DNA from: a virus
Taxonomy: Duplodnaviria; Caudoviricetes
DNA length: 53,943 bases
Reading direction: 5' to 3' (one strand)
Virus record (IMG/VR): IMGVR_UViG_3300024999_000139
Coordinates: 1 to 53,943 of that record
Translations under genes and position numbers: made by a program
Shown: positions 1 through 8,581 of the stretch, piece by piece
How positions within the stretch are numbered: position 1 is the first letter of the stretch
How the letters are laid out: each line of letters begins with the position of its first letter
The notes under the pieces: generated by a model
What the model was told of the DNA's origin: nothing
What the model saw: the letters and a program-made list of their open reading frames with translations, nothing else
The model's database searches: none

Positions 1-154
1 CGAAGTCATCTGCTAATTGTAAAACATAACGATAATAACTTCTAGTGGACTTCATTTGCTTTTCTAAAAATTCTTCCTTAACTTCTGGATCTACTTCAAA
101 TACTAATTTGTCTTCAGTTTGTGATTCATCATTAGTAATTTCAATTTTAGTCAT
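1..154 (-). CDS. 5' part of a gene running off the window; possible SPbeta YopR/MrpR(SroF)-like recombinase-fold repressor
   Basis: GGAGGTG RBS then ATG at 154; MTKIEITNDESQTEDKLVFEVDPEVKEEFLEKQMKSTRSYYRYVLQLADDF is open to the edge. The EVKEEFL...YxxxLxxA pattern recalls the MrpR N-terminus, and it directly follows the YopQ-like gene. Confidence 0.5.
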   Translation of the reverse strand, partial: MTKIEITNDESQTEDKLVFEVDPEVKEEFLEKQMKSTRSYYRYVLQLADDF

Positions 155-169
155 TTCAAAGCACCTCCA

Positions 170-1555
170 TTAAATTAATTTTTGAAAGAATTTATAAAGA
201 TTTGTACGTGTAGATTTTTTCATGTCTGATTCTTTACTTAATTTAATATCATCCCAAAATGAATTTTCCATACTAAAGTCAATTTTATCTAAAATCTCTT
301 CAAGTATATCTTCCCACTTTTTAACACCATATAAACGTTCAGATAATGCAATATATCCTGCAAACATATTTTTATGGTTGATATAACTTACCTTCTGAGT
401 TGCTTCAGGATGTTCCATGAATGCTTCAACATTCAATCCAATGATATAATCCATGACATTTGCTATATGCTTTGCAATTGGCCTTATTTGAAGTTTGTTA
501 GTTAGTCTATCCCCATAACACTCTTCGATAGCTGTAACCAAAGTTGACTTCTTTGCCATACCGAAATGTTCAAGTTCGAAATGACCAATTTCTTTGTCAT
601 TATCCTTTATTTGATCTGCAAATTCAGAGGTATCAATATCTTTAATTGCATCCACGACTACATTGCCAAGACTAGCAGTATCCATATTCTTAATATGCTC
701 TTGTTTCATTTTTTGTTGCTTATTGATTTCTACCATATACTTTTGTGCTCTAATCTCACTATAGTTTGTTACAACTAATAACCAATTAAACTGTATGTCA
801 GGGTTAACTGCGAAAGCTAGGCTATTTCCAACTTTCCGGTGAAATCCGTCAACAAGGTTTTTAGTTCCTGAAATAATAGACAGATCACCAGATTTTTCAT
901 CATAATATATTTCATCTGTACCATCTTTAAGAACATTTATTACTATAGTGGTTGGGAATTGATCTCCTGAAAGAACACCATCTCTAATTTCTTTTGCATT
1001 TGTTTTGTTTAAATGTATTCGTTTCATTCCATATACATCAATAATTGGGTCACGTTGCGTCTTAAAATTATAGATAAATTCATTTCCAGCATCTAATTCA
1101 GCAAAATGTTTTCCTGATATATATCCAGAATAAAATCCAGGGGCAATTCTGTTCATTTTAGAAAAAACAATAACTTCGTCTTTTTTATCTACTTTCTTTT
1201 CAAATTTATAATCATTTAAGTTCTCAATTTCAATTTCATTAAAATAATTTTTGGGATCAATTCTTAATATCTCTTCAATTTTCCCCAATGGTTCTTTATC
1301 TTCTGACTCCTTATATGTCAATGCATTATACATACTCATGGTAAAAATAAATAACATTATTAAATCTTTACTTTCATCAATATCTAATGTGGATAATTCT
1401 CTGTTTTTATTTAGAATACCAACTGCCAAACTACCCTTCATATTTCTTTTGTCAAACTCTTCAACAATTATTTTTCTTACCTTGTCGTTCGATGCATATT
1501 CTTTAATTAAAACGTTCAATTCTTGAATTAACTCAACTGATTTTTCTTTTAACAT
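170..1555 (-). CDS. DGQHR/DndB(ParB-Srx)-like protein, SPbeta YopQ(SroE)-like
   Basis: 461 aa with LVDGFHR motif and downstream EINKQQK; size and position match YopQ as I recall it. Confidence 0.65.
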   Translation of the reverse strand: MLKEKSVELIQELNVLIKEYASNDKVRKIIVEEFDKRNMKGSLAVGILNKNRELSTLDIDESKDLIMLFIFTMSMYNALTYKESEDKEPLGKIEEILRIDPKNYFNEIEIENLNDYKFEKKVDKKDEVIVFSKMNRIAPGFYSGYISGKHFAELDAGNEFIYNFKTQRDPIIDVYGMKRIHLNKTNAKEIRDGVLSGDQFPTTIVINVLKDGTDEIYYDEKSGDLSIISGTKNLVDGFHRKVGNSLAFAVNPDIQFNWLLVVTNYSEIRAQKYMVEINKQQKMKQEHIKNMDTASLGNVVVDAIKDIDTSEFADQIKDNDKEIGHFELEHFGMAKKSTLVTAIEECYGDRLTNKLQIRPIAKHIANVMDYIIGLNVEAFMEHPEATQKVSYINHKNMFAGYIALSERLYGVKKWEDILEEILDKIDFSMENSFWDDIKLSKESDMKKSTRTNLYKFFQKLI

Positions 1556-1596
1556 TTAAATATCACTCCTTCACATCACTATCATACTTATATAAT

Positions 1597-1626
1597 ATAA
1601 TACCATAGACTTCCTAATGATGTCAA
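1597..1626 (-). promoter_or_regulatory. sigma-A promoter for the YopQ/YopR-like genes
   Basis: TTGACA-18 nt-TATTAT with TG extension. Confidence 0.65.
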
Positions 1627-1644
1627 GAAATAATACTTATTTTT

Positions 1645-1687
1645 ATAATAAACTGCTCAGTGGCATGGTCTCAGAGCAGTTTATTAT
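1645..1687. terminator. intrinsic terminator-like hairpin
   Basis: 14-bp perfect inverted repeat ATAATAAACTGCTC/GAGCAGTTTATTAT downstream of 1706..2104. Confidence 0.7.
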
Positions 1688-1705
1688 GCTTCAAATGTTA
1701 AGTTA

Positions 1706-2104
1706 TTAGACTATACTAGAAGGAACAAGGTTTTGGGAACATGGACACATTCTCGTTCTTACCATTCTACAAGGCGTTAATGATAATTCTTTCTCATCTA
1801 CAACCAAATTATTGCCTTTGAATACCGTATGTTCATCAATTATTTTCTCTAAATTAAGACGTTCTATATGAAAGGAAAAATCCAATCCGGCAACTACTTT
1901 CTTTTCGTTTAAGAAAACCAATGCTTTCTCAGCATGTTCTTTGGTCGTATATCCCCTTGCTTCTTGGGAGAATGTTTTAAATGCTATGTATTGCCATTTT
2001 TTATTGTTTAATTTGCCTATACTTGATTTATTGATAAAGTTACCATCTTGATCTTTAATAACCCAAATTAATTGTTCGTTTTCTTCTTTTTTAAAACATC
2101 CCAT
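1706..2104 (-). CDS. hypothetical protein
   Basis: 132-aa ORF with AAGGAG RBS. Confidence 0.7.
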   Translation of the reverse strand: MGCFKKEENEQLIWVIKDQDGNFINKSSIGKLNNKKWQYIAFKTFSQEARGYTTKEHAEKALVFLNEKKVVAGLDFSFHIERLNLEKIIDEHTVFKGNNLVVDEKELSLTPCRMVRTRMCPCSQNLVPSSIV

Positions 2105-2184
2105 ACATTCACTTCTCCTTTAATTTTATTTTATGGAAAATTCTACAAATAGGGCTTTAATTCATTTAATACCTCCTTGTTAAT

Positions 2185-2213
2185 ATTATATCGTACATAT
2201 GTACGAGTTTCAA
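2185..2213 (-). promoter_or_regulatory. sigma-A promoter with a palindromic operator in its spacer
   Basis: TTGAAA-17 nt-TATAAT; spacer holds the perfect 16-bp palindrome TCGTACATATGTACGA (2191-2206). Confidence 0.75.
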
Positions 2214-2262
2214 TGAACAAAATTCCAAAAATTTGTGGATTATGTTCTATTATGTTCGGTGT

Positions 2263-2269
2263 TTCGACA
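2263..2269 (-). promoter_or_regulatory. Spo0A (0A) box
   Basis: exact TGTCGAA on minus strand; near-matches at 2311-2317 and 2320-2326. Confidence 0.4.
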
Positions 2270-2279
2270 TTGTTGTGTT

Positions 2280-2360
2280 TTATTTATTTATTAAAATAGG
2301 AATATTGTCATTTGACATAGGTCGAATGTCATAGCACTTTAGGACTATCTTTATGAGCAT
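2280..2360 (-). CDS. small ORF (26 aa) coupled to membrane protein 2
   Basis: AGGAGGTG RBS overlapping the upstream TAG; MLIKIVLKCYDIRPMSNDNIPILINK. Confidence 0.35.
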   Translation of the reverse strand: MLIKIVLKCYDIRPMSNDNIPILINK

Positions 2361-2372
2361 TGTTATCACCTC

Positions 2373-3206
2373 CTACGCATAATAATCTTCTTGACTGGCA
2401 ATATCATCCACATTATCACTATTAATAATATTTTCATAAACCTGCATTTTTTGTTTTTCTTTTGATAAAAAATAATTAATTACAATTAATAACCAAGTAA
2501 TCAAAATTACAGGAGTAGATGTAATTATTACAATAATGATAAATTGGTCAATGAATTGAAAACTAAACAAAATACTTTCACTTTCTATCAGTTTAGCAAT
2601 ATAAGTAATTATTGAAACTACAGACATTATTATCGCAGCAAAACTTCCCATAAAGAATTTACTCTTGATAATAACATCAAATAAATTTACTTTCACTTTG
2701 CCATTTTTCTTCATTATGATAAAAGTTATGATACACGTATAAAGAATTCTTGCAGGTAAACCCAATAGAAAATTATAGAAAAAAACATTATTAAAAAATT
2801 CTTGAGGCTTATGTAATAGTGAAAATATTATTGGACAATATGCATATTCCAATATTCCAGTGATTACAAAACCTGCTAGTGTGTAGATTGCTGTTTTTAG
2901 TATCAAGGGGATACTTATATTGTCGCTATTTTTAATTACTATGTAAATCATTGAAATAATCATTAGTGCCATTGCCGACAATATTACATCTATTTGAGGA
3001 ACAGCAATCACAAATCGTAAAACGCTAACTAATATAGATGTGGGCAAAGTTGCAATTAAAATCCATTTTAAATTTTTCTTCCACATATAGATATCAAAAA
3101 GATTATCTAGTTCTTTTAGGAATGTTAGAGTTATGATTGCGATAAATAATTCTTCAGGTATTCCTACAAATAGCATATTTAATATAGCATTGACAATGGT
3201 CTGCAT
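2373..3206 (-). CDS. polytopic membrane protein, putative peptide receptor with no kinase domain (paralogue of 5136..5975)
   Basis: about 7 hydrophobic segments, GIPEE motif, LPARIL, short acidic C-tail; no HisKA or HATPase motifs. Confidence 0.7.
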   Translation of the reverse strand: MQTIVNAILNMLFVGIPEELFIAIITLTFLKELDNLFDIYMWKKNLKWILIATLPTSILVSVLRFVIAVPQIDVILSAMALMIISMIYIVIKNSDNISIPLILKTAIYTLAGFVITGILEYAYCPIIFSLLHKPQEFFNNVFFYNFLLGLPARILYTCIITFIIMKKNGKVKVNLFDVIIKSKFFMGSFAAIIMSVVSIITYIAKLIESESILFSFQFIDQFIIIVIITSTPVILITWLLIVINYFLSKEKQKMQVYENIINSDNVDDIASQEDYYA

Positions 3207-3369
3207 AGGGATTCCTTCTTTCGTTTTTGTTTGATTTGTGGTGGTTGGGACTTATTATGTATTACTGTTGCTGTAAATATATCATAAATCATGGAAAATT
3301 TAATTGAATAAAGTATGACAAATATGGGAGTGGATAGGGGATGCGTGGACTATGAAAGAAAATTATATA

Positions 3370-4008
3370 TTATCTATGTATACTTTGTTCATCTAAGAGA
3401 GAATACAATCCGTAACCAACATTGCTTATCGAGAAAAGTTCTAGTAATAATCCAAAGCAACTTGCAATAATAATTATATTTAGATTAAAGAGTAAGAAAA
3501 TGGTCATTATCATTGCCCATGATATTAAGTAGTATAACGACCATTTTCTGAACTTTGATTTTTCAGAATCTTCTGTAATTGGTTTATTAGGTGTGTCGCG
3601 AGGGACATATTTTAAAATTATATATAGTCCCATCGCTAAACAAAATATAAATAATATTTGCATATCCATGTATGACCAATATTGCAGCGTGTGTTTAACT
3701 ATTAATGCAGATACTATGAATTGAAGGGTAGAAAATGTGATACATTTTGTATAGTCACTAAAATGAAAACCACCTCCAATTATTCTAAAACTACTAAAGG
3801 TTAATGTGATAATCATAGAGGTCATTAAGACTCCAAAGATAGACGCTAACGACACCATTATAAGTCCTTTTATTAATGCTCCTACGATTACCATGAAACC
3901 ATAAGTATAAACCTCAATTTGATCTTCTACAGTTGGATATTTATCATTTGGTACTTTTGTAGCTAATTTTTTAGCAAGATAATTTGATATAAATTCGATA
4001 AAATTCAT
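3370..4008 (-). CDS. agrB: AgrB-family peptide-processing membrane protease/cyclase
   Basis: IEVYTYG, RIIGGGFH...C catalytic His/Cys motif, PRDTPNKP. Confidence 0.92.
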   Translation of the reverse strand: MNFIEFISNYLAKKLATKVPNDKYPTVEDQIEVYTYGFMVIVGALIKGLIMVSLASIFGVLMTSMIITLTFSSFRIIGGGFHFSDYTKCITFSTLQFIVSALIVKHTLQYWSYMDMQILFIFCLAMGLYIILKYVPRDTPNKPITEDSEKSKFRKWSLYYLISWAMIMTIFLLFNLNIIIIASCFGLLLELFSISNVGYGLYSLLDEQSIHR

Positions 4009-4032
4009 TAAATTATTTAATCTTCCTTTCTT

Positions 4033-4860
4033 TTATCGTGCATAGGCTACCTGCTGACCTGCACTAGAATAATTATTTTGATATTGATTTTGCCTGATTG
4101 ATTTAACTTTATTTAGGTTTTTTAATGCTTCAATTGCTTCTTCTTCATTTACATGTATTTCTAAAACACCCTCCGATTTCATAAGAGCGATTTCAACTTT
4201 TAACATTAGGTTTGGTGGGCATTCCGATACCTTTTGAAACACTCCATTCTTTCCTATTAATCTCCTTTTTGATATTGTGTTTGGTAATTCACAACATATA
4301 ATTGAATCTTGGGGAATTCCGCACTCTTTACTGCTTGCAAAAACGTGAGTAGGCATCTTTGCTTTGGATCTACTGGTCATGGCGATTACGATGGAATTGC
4401 TAGAACACGCATTACCCTTGTTATTTTGAATCACAAGCACCATTCTTGGGCCTCCCACCTCACTATCTATCCCTTTGTCTCCAAAATCTGCGAAACAAAA
4501 ATCACCCCTTCTGACTCGAATATTTTTTATTTGCTCCAAATCATTATTTTCATACAATGAATACCCACATGCTATTTTCAGATCCTGCAATGAAACTCTA
4601 CCTTCTGAATTATTTGCGAAAACATTAAGAGTTTGAACGTTTGGGTAAGCATTTATTTTTTCACGAATAATTAATTCTATGTACCCTCCTTCAATTTTGC
4701 AGTCTGCTCCAAAATTATTAATAGTCCTATGAGTGCCTTTAGCATTCATAATTAAATTGGCTAATTTCTTAAAATCCTTTTTTGTATTTTCCTCAGAGTT
4801 AGTAGTGTTGGTTGATTTAGCAAATAATTTGTTGAACATAATAATGCACATCCTTTTCAT
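4033..4860 (-). CDS. XRE-like HTH fused to PemK/MazF endoribonuclease domain (start may be ATG at 4839)
   Basis: N-terminal helical domain ending LKIACGY; C-terminal RRGD...SEVGGPRMVLVIQN...IAMTS...PTHV. Confidence 0.8.
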   Translation of the reverse strand: MKRMCIIMFNKLFAKSTNTTNSEENTKKDFKKLANLIMNAKGTHRTINNFGADCKIEGGYIELIIREKINAYPNVQTLNVFANNSEGRVSLQDLKIACGYSLYENNDLEQIKNIRVRRGDFCFADFGDKGIDSEVGGPRMVLVIQNNKGNACSSNSIVIAMTSRSKAKMPTHVFASSKECGIPQDSIICCELPNTISKRRLIGKNGVFQKVSECPPNLMLKVEIALMKSEGVLEIHVNEEEAIEALKNLNKVKSIRQNQYQNNYSSAGQQVAYAR

Positions 4861-4901
4861 ATTTAATAAGATATAAATAATTTTCTTTATCTGATAGTAT
4901 T

Positions 4902-4931
4902 ATTATATCCTACTATGTATGAATATGTCAA
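4902..4931 (-). promoter_or_regulatory. sigma-A promoter for HTH-MazF and agrB
   Basis: TTGACA-18 nt-TATAAT. Confidence 0.7.
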
Positions 4932-4969
4932 CACAATTATTGTAATTGTTTATTAATTTATATTATGGT

Positions 4970-4999
4970 TATAGGGAAGAACCGAAGTCCTTCCCTATA
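4970..4999 (-). terminator. stable hairpin after agrD
   Basis: TATAGGGAAGGAC-TTCG-GTTCTTCCCTATA with a cUUCGg tetraloop; no clear U-tract. Confidence 0.6.
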
Positions 5000-5011
5000 T
5001 GTAGGAAATGA

Positions 5012-5128
5012 TTATTTCATGCAACTAGGAGTTTTTGGTTGATAAGAAATAAAATAAGAAGCAAACACGGTGGAGAACATGGAAGTAGCCATACATACAA
5101 CACTTGCAATAATAGCATATTTTTTCAT
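5012..5128 (-). CDS. agrD: AgrD cyclic-lactone autoinducer propeptide (not in ORF track)
   Basis: AGGAGGTG RBS; MKKYAIIASVVCMATSMFSTVFASYFISYQPKTPSCMK has a hydrophobic leader, SYFIS core and YQPKTP tail typical of clostridial AgrD. Confidence 0.9.
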   Translation of the reverse strand: MKKYAIIASVVCMATSMFSTVFASYFISYQPKTPSCMK

Positions 5129-5135
5129 TTTGTTT

Positions 5136-5975
5136 TCACCTCCTTTCATCTAAATCTTCTACATCAAGCATTACATCATCTTGCATAACAAGATTTTTGT
5201 AAGTCTGTTGTATTTGTCTTTCTTTAACCAACAAATAATTGATTAATAGTAACATCCAAAATAATATAATAGCAGGAATTACTAATGCACCCATTACGAT
5301 AAAACTTTGTTCAATCATTGATACTTTGTTTTCTAAAATTCTATCAGACCCAATAAGCTTTAAAACATAAATCGCAATAACATTAGACATTATCGTAAAT
5401 GAAATAAAAGAATACAATAAAAATCTATTTTTAGAAATAGTTTCAAATATTTTAATTTCAACGATATTGTTGTGTTGTATAATTAAATATATTACTATTG
5501 AAAATCCTAATATTCTGGACGGAATACTTAATATGAAGTTCCATAAAATATTGGTATTTAAGAAATCAAGAGGTTGATTCATTAAATATAGCATTATTGG
5601 ATAAGTACATCCTTCAAGAAAACCGAACATTATCAGACTAAAAATTATGCATACAAACAGTTTACAATAATCTCTTTTCTTGAATTCAAAACTATTTTTT
5701 CTTATTATATATGTAAATGTGATAATAAATATTATCAATGAACTTAATGAACATGTGACTTTTGGCAATTGTAATATATATTTTGTTGTATTTATATTTA
5801 CAGACATTGACAAAACAGGTATTATAATCCATTTTAAATTTTGCTTCCACATTCTTATGTCTAACATATCAAATCTTTTCAATAATATTAGCGTCATTCC
5901 CGTTAAAAACAATTCTTCTGGTATGCTCACCAAGATCGTGCTCAATAAAGCATTTATTACACCTTGCATATGCAT
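5136..5975 (-). CDS. polytopic membrane protein, putative peptide receptor with no kinase domain
   Basis: SIPEE motif, IPSRIL, about 7 hydrophobic segments, acidic tail; its stop overlaps the agrD RBS. Confidence 0.7.
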   Translation of the reverse strand: MHMQGVINALLSTILVSIPEELFLTGMTLILLKRFDMLDIRMWKQNLKWIIIPVLSMSVNINTTKYILQLPKVTCSLSSLIIFIITFTYIIRKNSFEFKKRDYCKLFVCIIFSLIMFGFLEGCTYPIMLYLMNQPLDFLNTNILWNFILSIPSRILGFSIVIYLIIQHNNIVEIKIFETISKNRFLLYSFISFTIMSNVIAIYVLKLIGSDRILENKVSMIEQSFIVMGALVIPAIILFWMLLLINYLLVKERQIQQTYKNLVMQDDVMLDVEDLDERR

Positions 5976-6019
5976 TGCCTCTTTCTTATCTATTTCTTAA
6001 CCTGTAACGAGTATATCAT

Positions 6020-6048
6020 AAGACAAGGTGCAATGCAAACATTATTTT
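6020..6048 (-). promoter_or_regulatory. sigma-A promoter for receptor-agrD
   Basis: TTGCAT-17 nt-TATACT with TG extension. Confidence 0.6.
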
Positions 6049-6050
6049 AT

Positions 6051-6671
6051 TTATTGATTTAACATTTTATTCATATGTATTTTACTAATCTCTTTAACTG
6101 AATAATAAACAATTATAAAAACAAATAATCTACATAGCACATCCCCAGGCGACCAAATACTTGTGCCGATATCAAATATGTCAGATAAAAATATTAGATT
6201 TGTTGTATGATCTCCAAGAACATGAAAATCTCCATATTTAGAAGCATTAATAATCATATTATATTGTGTATAACCAGTTGAATAAGATACTGATGGAAAA
6301 ATTGGCATAAGATTATTGTTAAAACTCATTACAATCTTATTCAATGTAAAGCCACACAACAAACTACAACAGGCGATAATATACTCCTTATACTTCTCGT
6401 ACCTAAACAAAACATCAAGTCCTAGAATCATATATGATCCTAATATAGCATTCTTTATTATGTGTTGATATTGAAGAAAATAGTAATTCTGATTCATTAT
6501 TGTGTATTGTAGATAGACGTAAAATATTGACATAAATATTATTGGATAGATACTCCATCTTTTTAATATTGGTTTTATGAGGTATGATTCTTTATGTATT
6601 TGGAGTTTTCCTAGTTTTATGTATAGTTGAATTTTAGAGAATATGAGTGATACTATCAGTGTCTCAACCAA
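6051..6671 (-). CDS. DUF5317-family membrane protein
   Basis: NxxxMP, H...TxLxFLxD, SPGD motifs. Confidence 0.75.
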   Translation of the reverse strand: MVETLIVSLIFSKIQLYIKLGKLQIHKESYLIKPILKRWSIYPIIFMSIFYVYLQYTIMNQNYYFLQYQHIIKNAILGSYMILGLDVLFRYEKYKEYIIACCSLLCGFTLNKIVMSFNNNLMPIFPSVSYSTGYTQYNMIINASKYGDFHVLGDHTTNLIFLSDIFDIGTSIWSPGDVLCRLFVFIIVYYSVKEISKIHMNKMLNQ

Positions 6672-8475
6672 TAGTTAACACCTCTTCTCTTGTCTCTATT
6701 GTATTTATGTATTCATTATAGAACATCCATCTTAAAGGTTCTTCTGTAATTGGATGTTTCCCCATAGACTGTCGTTTATTGTTACAACATTTAGATATAT
6801 TTTGCCTTCTAATATTATATTTACTTGAAGCTTCTGTTTGTGAATCAAATACCTCTCCTGTTGTTAAACATGTTACTTTTTTATTATAATTATGATTTTT
6901 TATATATTCATCATACCATCCTATAGTTTGATTTTTAATTAAATATTCATCGTAAAATATCCATTTAAGTAGTTCTTTTGTGACAGGATGTTTACCACAA
7001 TATTTTTGTTTATTGTAACAACATTGGGATATACCACTATCTTGTATACCATACTTTCTTTTTGCATCTTTTATAGAATTAAATATCTCACCAGTGGTCA
7101 AACACATTACTTTTATACTTAGTTTATTTTTTAATTTTTCTTTGCTTTTTTGTAATTCTTTATTAGGATCGTAATCGCACCAATTTAATTTAGCACCTTG
7201 TTTTAGATATTTTCTAATAGTTGCACTATGTAATTTAAATTTCTTTGATACTTTTGATATGTTGTCAGTTCCATCATCCCACATATTACAAACTAGTTTA
7301 ATAATATTACTACATGCATATTCATGTGCTTTCAACCAATCAATATCTTCCTCTTTAAAGTTTAATAATTTAGGTAATTTACTTTTCATAATACTATTCT
7401 TTATCCATTCTAATTCAGATTTTCTACAATCTATAATTATGTAATTCTTAATATTATTACTCCTAGCCAGCCATTCTTTATCAAAATCATTGTTTTGGAT
7501 ATCTTCTAATGAACCCCAGTTAATACCAACCTCTTCATAATGTTGCAATCCTCCAACTTCGCAAATTCCGTTAATCTTTTTTATATAAAAATCATATCTA
7601 TATTTTCTACACCATTTAAAAGCAGACTTATTTAGTTGCGTTATAAAATCTTTGTTTAATAACTGTTCTAACACATTAAACGTAAATTTTTCTGGATATG
7701 GTATATTGTCTGAACATTTAGGACAAGAAAATCCGTTTATTCTTAATTGACTTATCTCTCTTTTCTTTTCATATCCACAATCTGGACATCGCATAGGCAA
7801 TTTAATTTTTGAAGATCCAGCAGGATATTTTAATGCATCTTCTGGATTAACTAGATATTTAACTAAATGAGGATGAGTTGTAAAAATTGAATTGCATTTA
7901 ATACAATCAAGATTCACTCCACTACAAACATTTGTAAAACTCGATATATTTTTTAACTCTGATCCATGTTCTGGATGCTTCAAACACTTAAACCAATATC
8001 CTTTACCATTCAATCCCCTAGAACTATGACTAACATCTTTTGGAGATAATTTATTTCCATTTTTATCGATATTTAATTCATCGTCCCATCTGTCTAATAT
8101 CCAATCTGCAAATTCTTTAGGTAGATTGTCATAACACCATTGATAAAAAGTAATACTATCTTTTAATTTTGTCTTTCTTGTTTTTTCTCCTCCGAACAAT
8201 TGCATGGTACATTTGTGACAATAATATTTCCCATCATCTTTAACACTTTTTTTATAATTTCTCCATATTATTCCTTCTAATAACTCACCACACCCATCAC
8301 ATTCAACATCAACTTTAACACGAGAATTATTTAATAGGTCATCGATTTTTACTTCGAATTTATCACCCCAGTTAGTAAAAATATATCCTCTTTCTTCATA
8401 CCATTTTTTAGTTGTCCCGTTCCATTCTGTAATACCAATTTTACTTATTAACACTTGACAAAACTCCTTTGCCAA
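6664..8475 (-). CDS. free-standing homing-type endonuclease: Zn ribbons, PD-(D/E)XK/Vsr-like nuclease and NUMOD1-like repeats (likely start GTG at 8454)
   Basis: multiple CxxC, RYDFY...EVGGLQHY...NDFDK, two VxCLTTGExFxS...IS.CC repeats. Confidence 0.75.
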   Translation of the reverse strand: MAKEFCQVLISKIGITEWNGTTKKWYEERGYIFTNWGDKFEVKIDDLLNNSRVKVDVECDGCGELLEGIIWRNYKKSVKDDGKYYCHKCTMQLFGGEKTRKTKLKDSITFYQWCYDNLPKEFADWILDRWDDELNIDKNGNKLSPKDVSHSSRGLNGKGYWFKCLKHPEHGSELKNISSFTNVCSGVNLDCIKCNSIFTTHPHLVKYLVNPEDALKYPAGSSKIKLPMRCPDCGYEKKREISQLRINGFSCPKCSDNIPYPEKFTFNVLEQLLNKDFITQLNKSAFKWCRKYRYDFYIKKINGICEVGGLQHYEEVGINWGSLEDIQNNDFDKEWLARSNNIKNYIIIDCRKSELEWIKNSIMKSKLPKLLNFKEEDIDWLKAHEYACSNIIKLVCNMWDDGTDNISKVSKKFKLHSATIRKYLKQGAKLNWCDYDPNKELQKSKEKLKNKLSIKVMCLTTGEIFNSIKDAKRKYGIQDSGISQCCYNKQKYCGKHPVTKELLKWIFYDEYLIKNQTIGWYDEYIKNHNYNKKVTCLTTGEVFDSQTEASSKYNIRRQNISKCCNNKRQSMGKHPITEEPLRWMFYNEYINTIETREEVLTIG

Positions 8476-8521
8476 GTAAAAGATTTATTATTAATAATCA
8501 ATTAAATTATATCTCTCCTTC

Positions 8522-8572
8522 TTAAATTGCATAAGCAATATTATATTTATTTTTTACAATTCCAATCATCAT
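8522..8572 (-). pseudogene. 16-codon ORF resembling a MazF C-terminal remnant
   Basis: MMIGIVKNKYNIAYAI; shares TTGCATAAGCAA with the mazF 3' end near 9250. Confidence 0.4.
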
Positions 8573-8581
8573 ACCAATCAC

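Noticed and set aside
170-1555. Dnd phosphorothioation system
   Set aside because: Only a DGQHR-like domain is present; there is no dndCDE and the context is phage regulatory.
2239-2257. ATTATGTTC tandem repeat as an AgrA/LytTR site
   Set aside because: The period is 10 bp, whereas LytTR sites are about 21 bp apart, and no LytTR gene is present.
2373-5975. Calling the membrane proteins AgrC histidine kinases
   Set aside because: No H-box or N/G boxes, and no kinase domain downstream in another frame.
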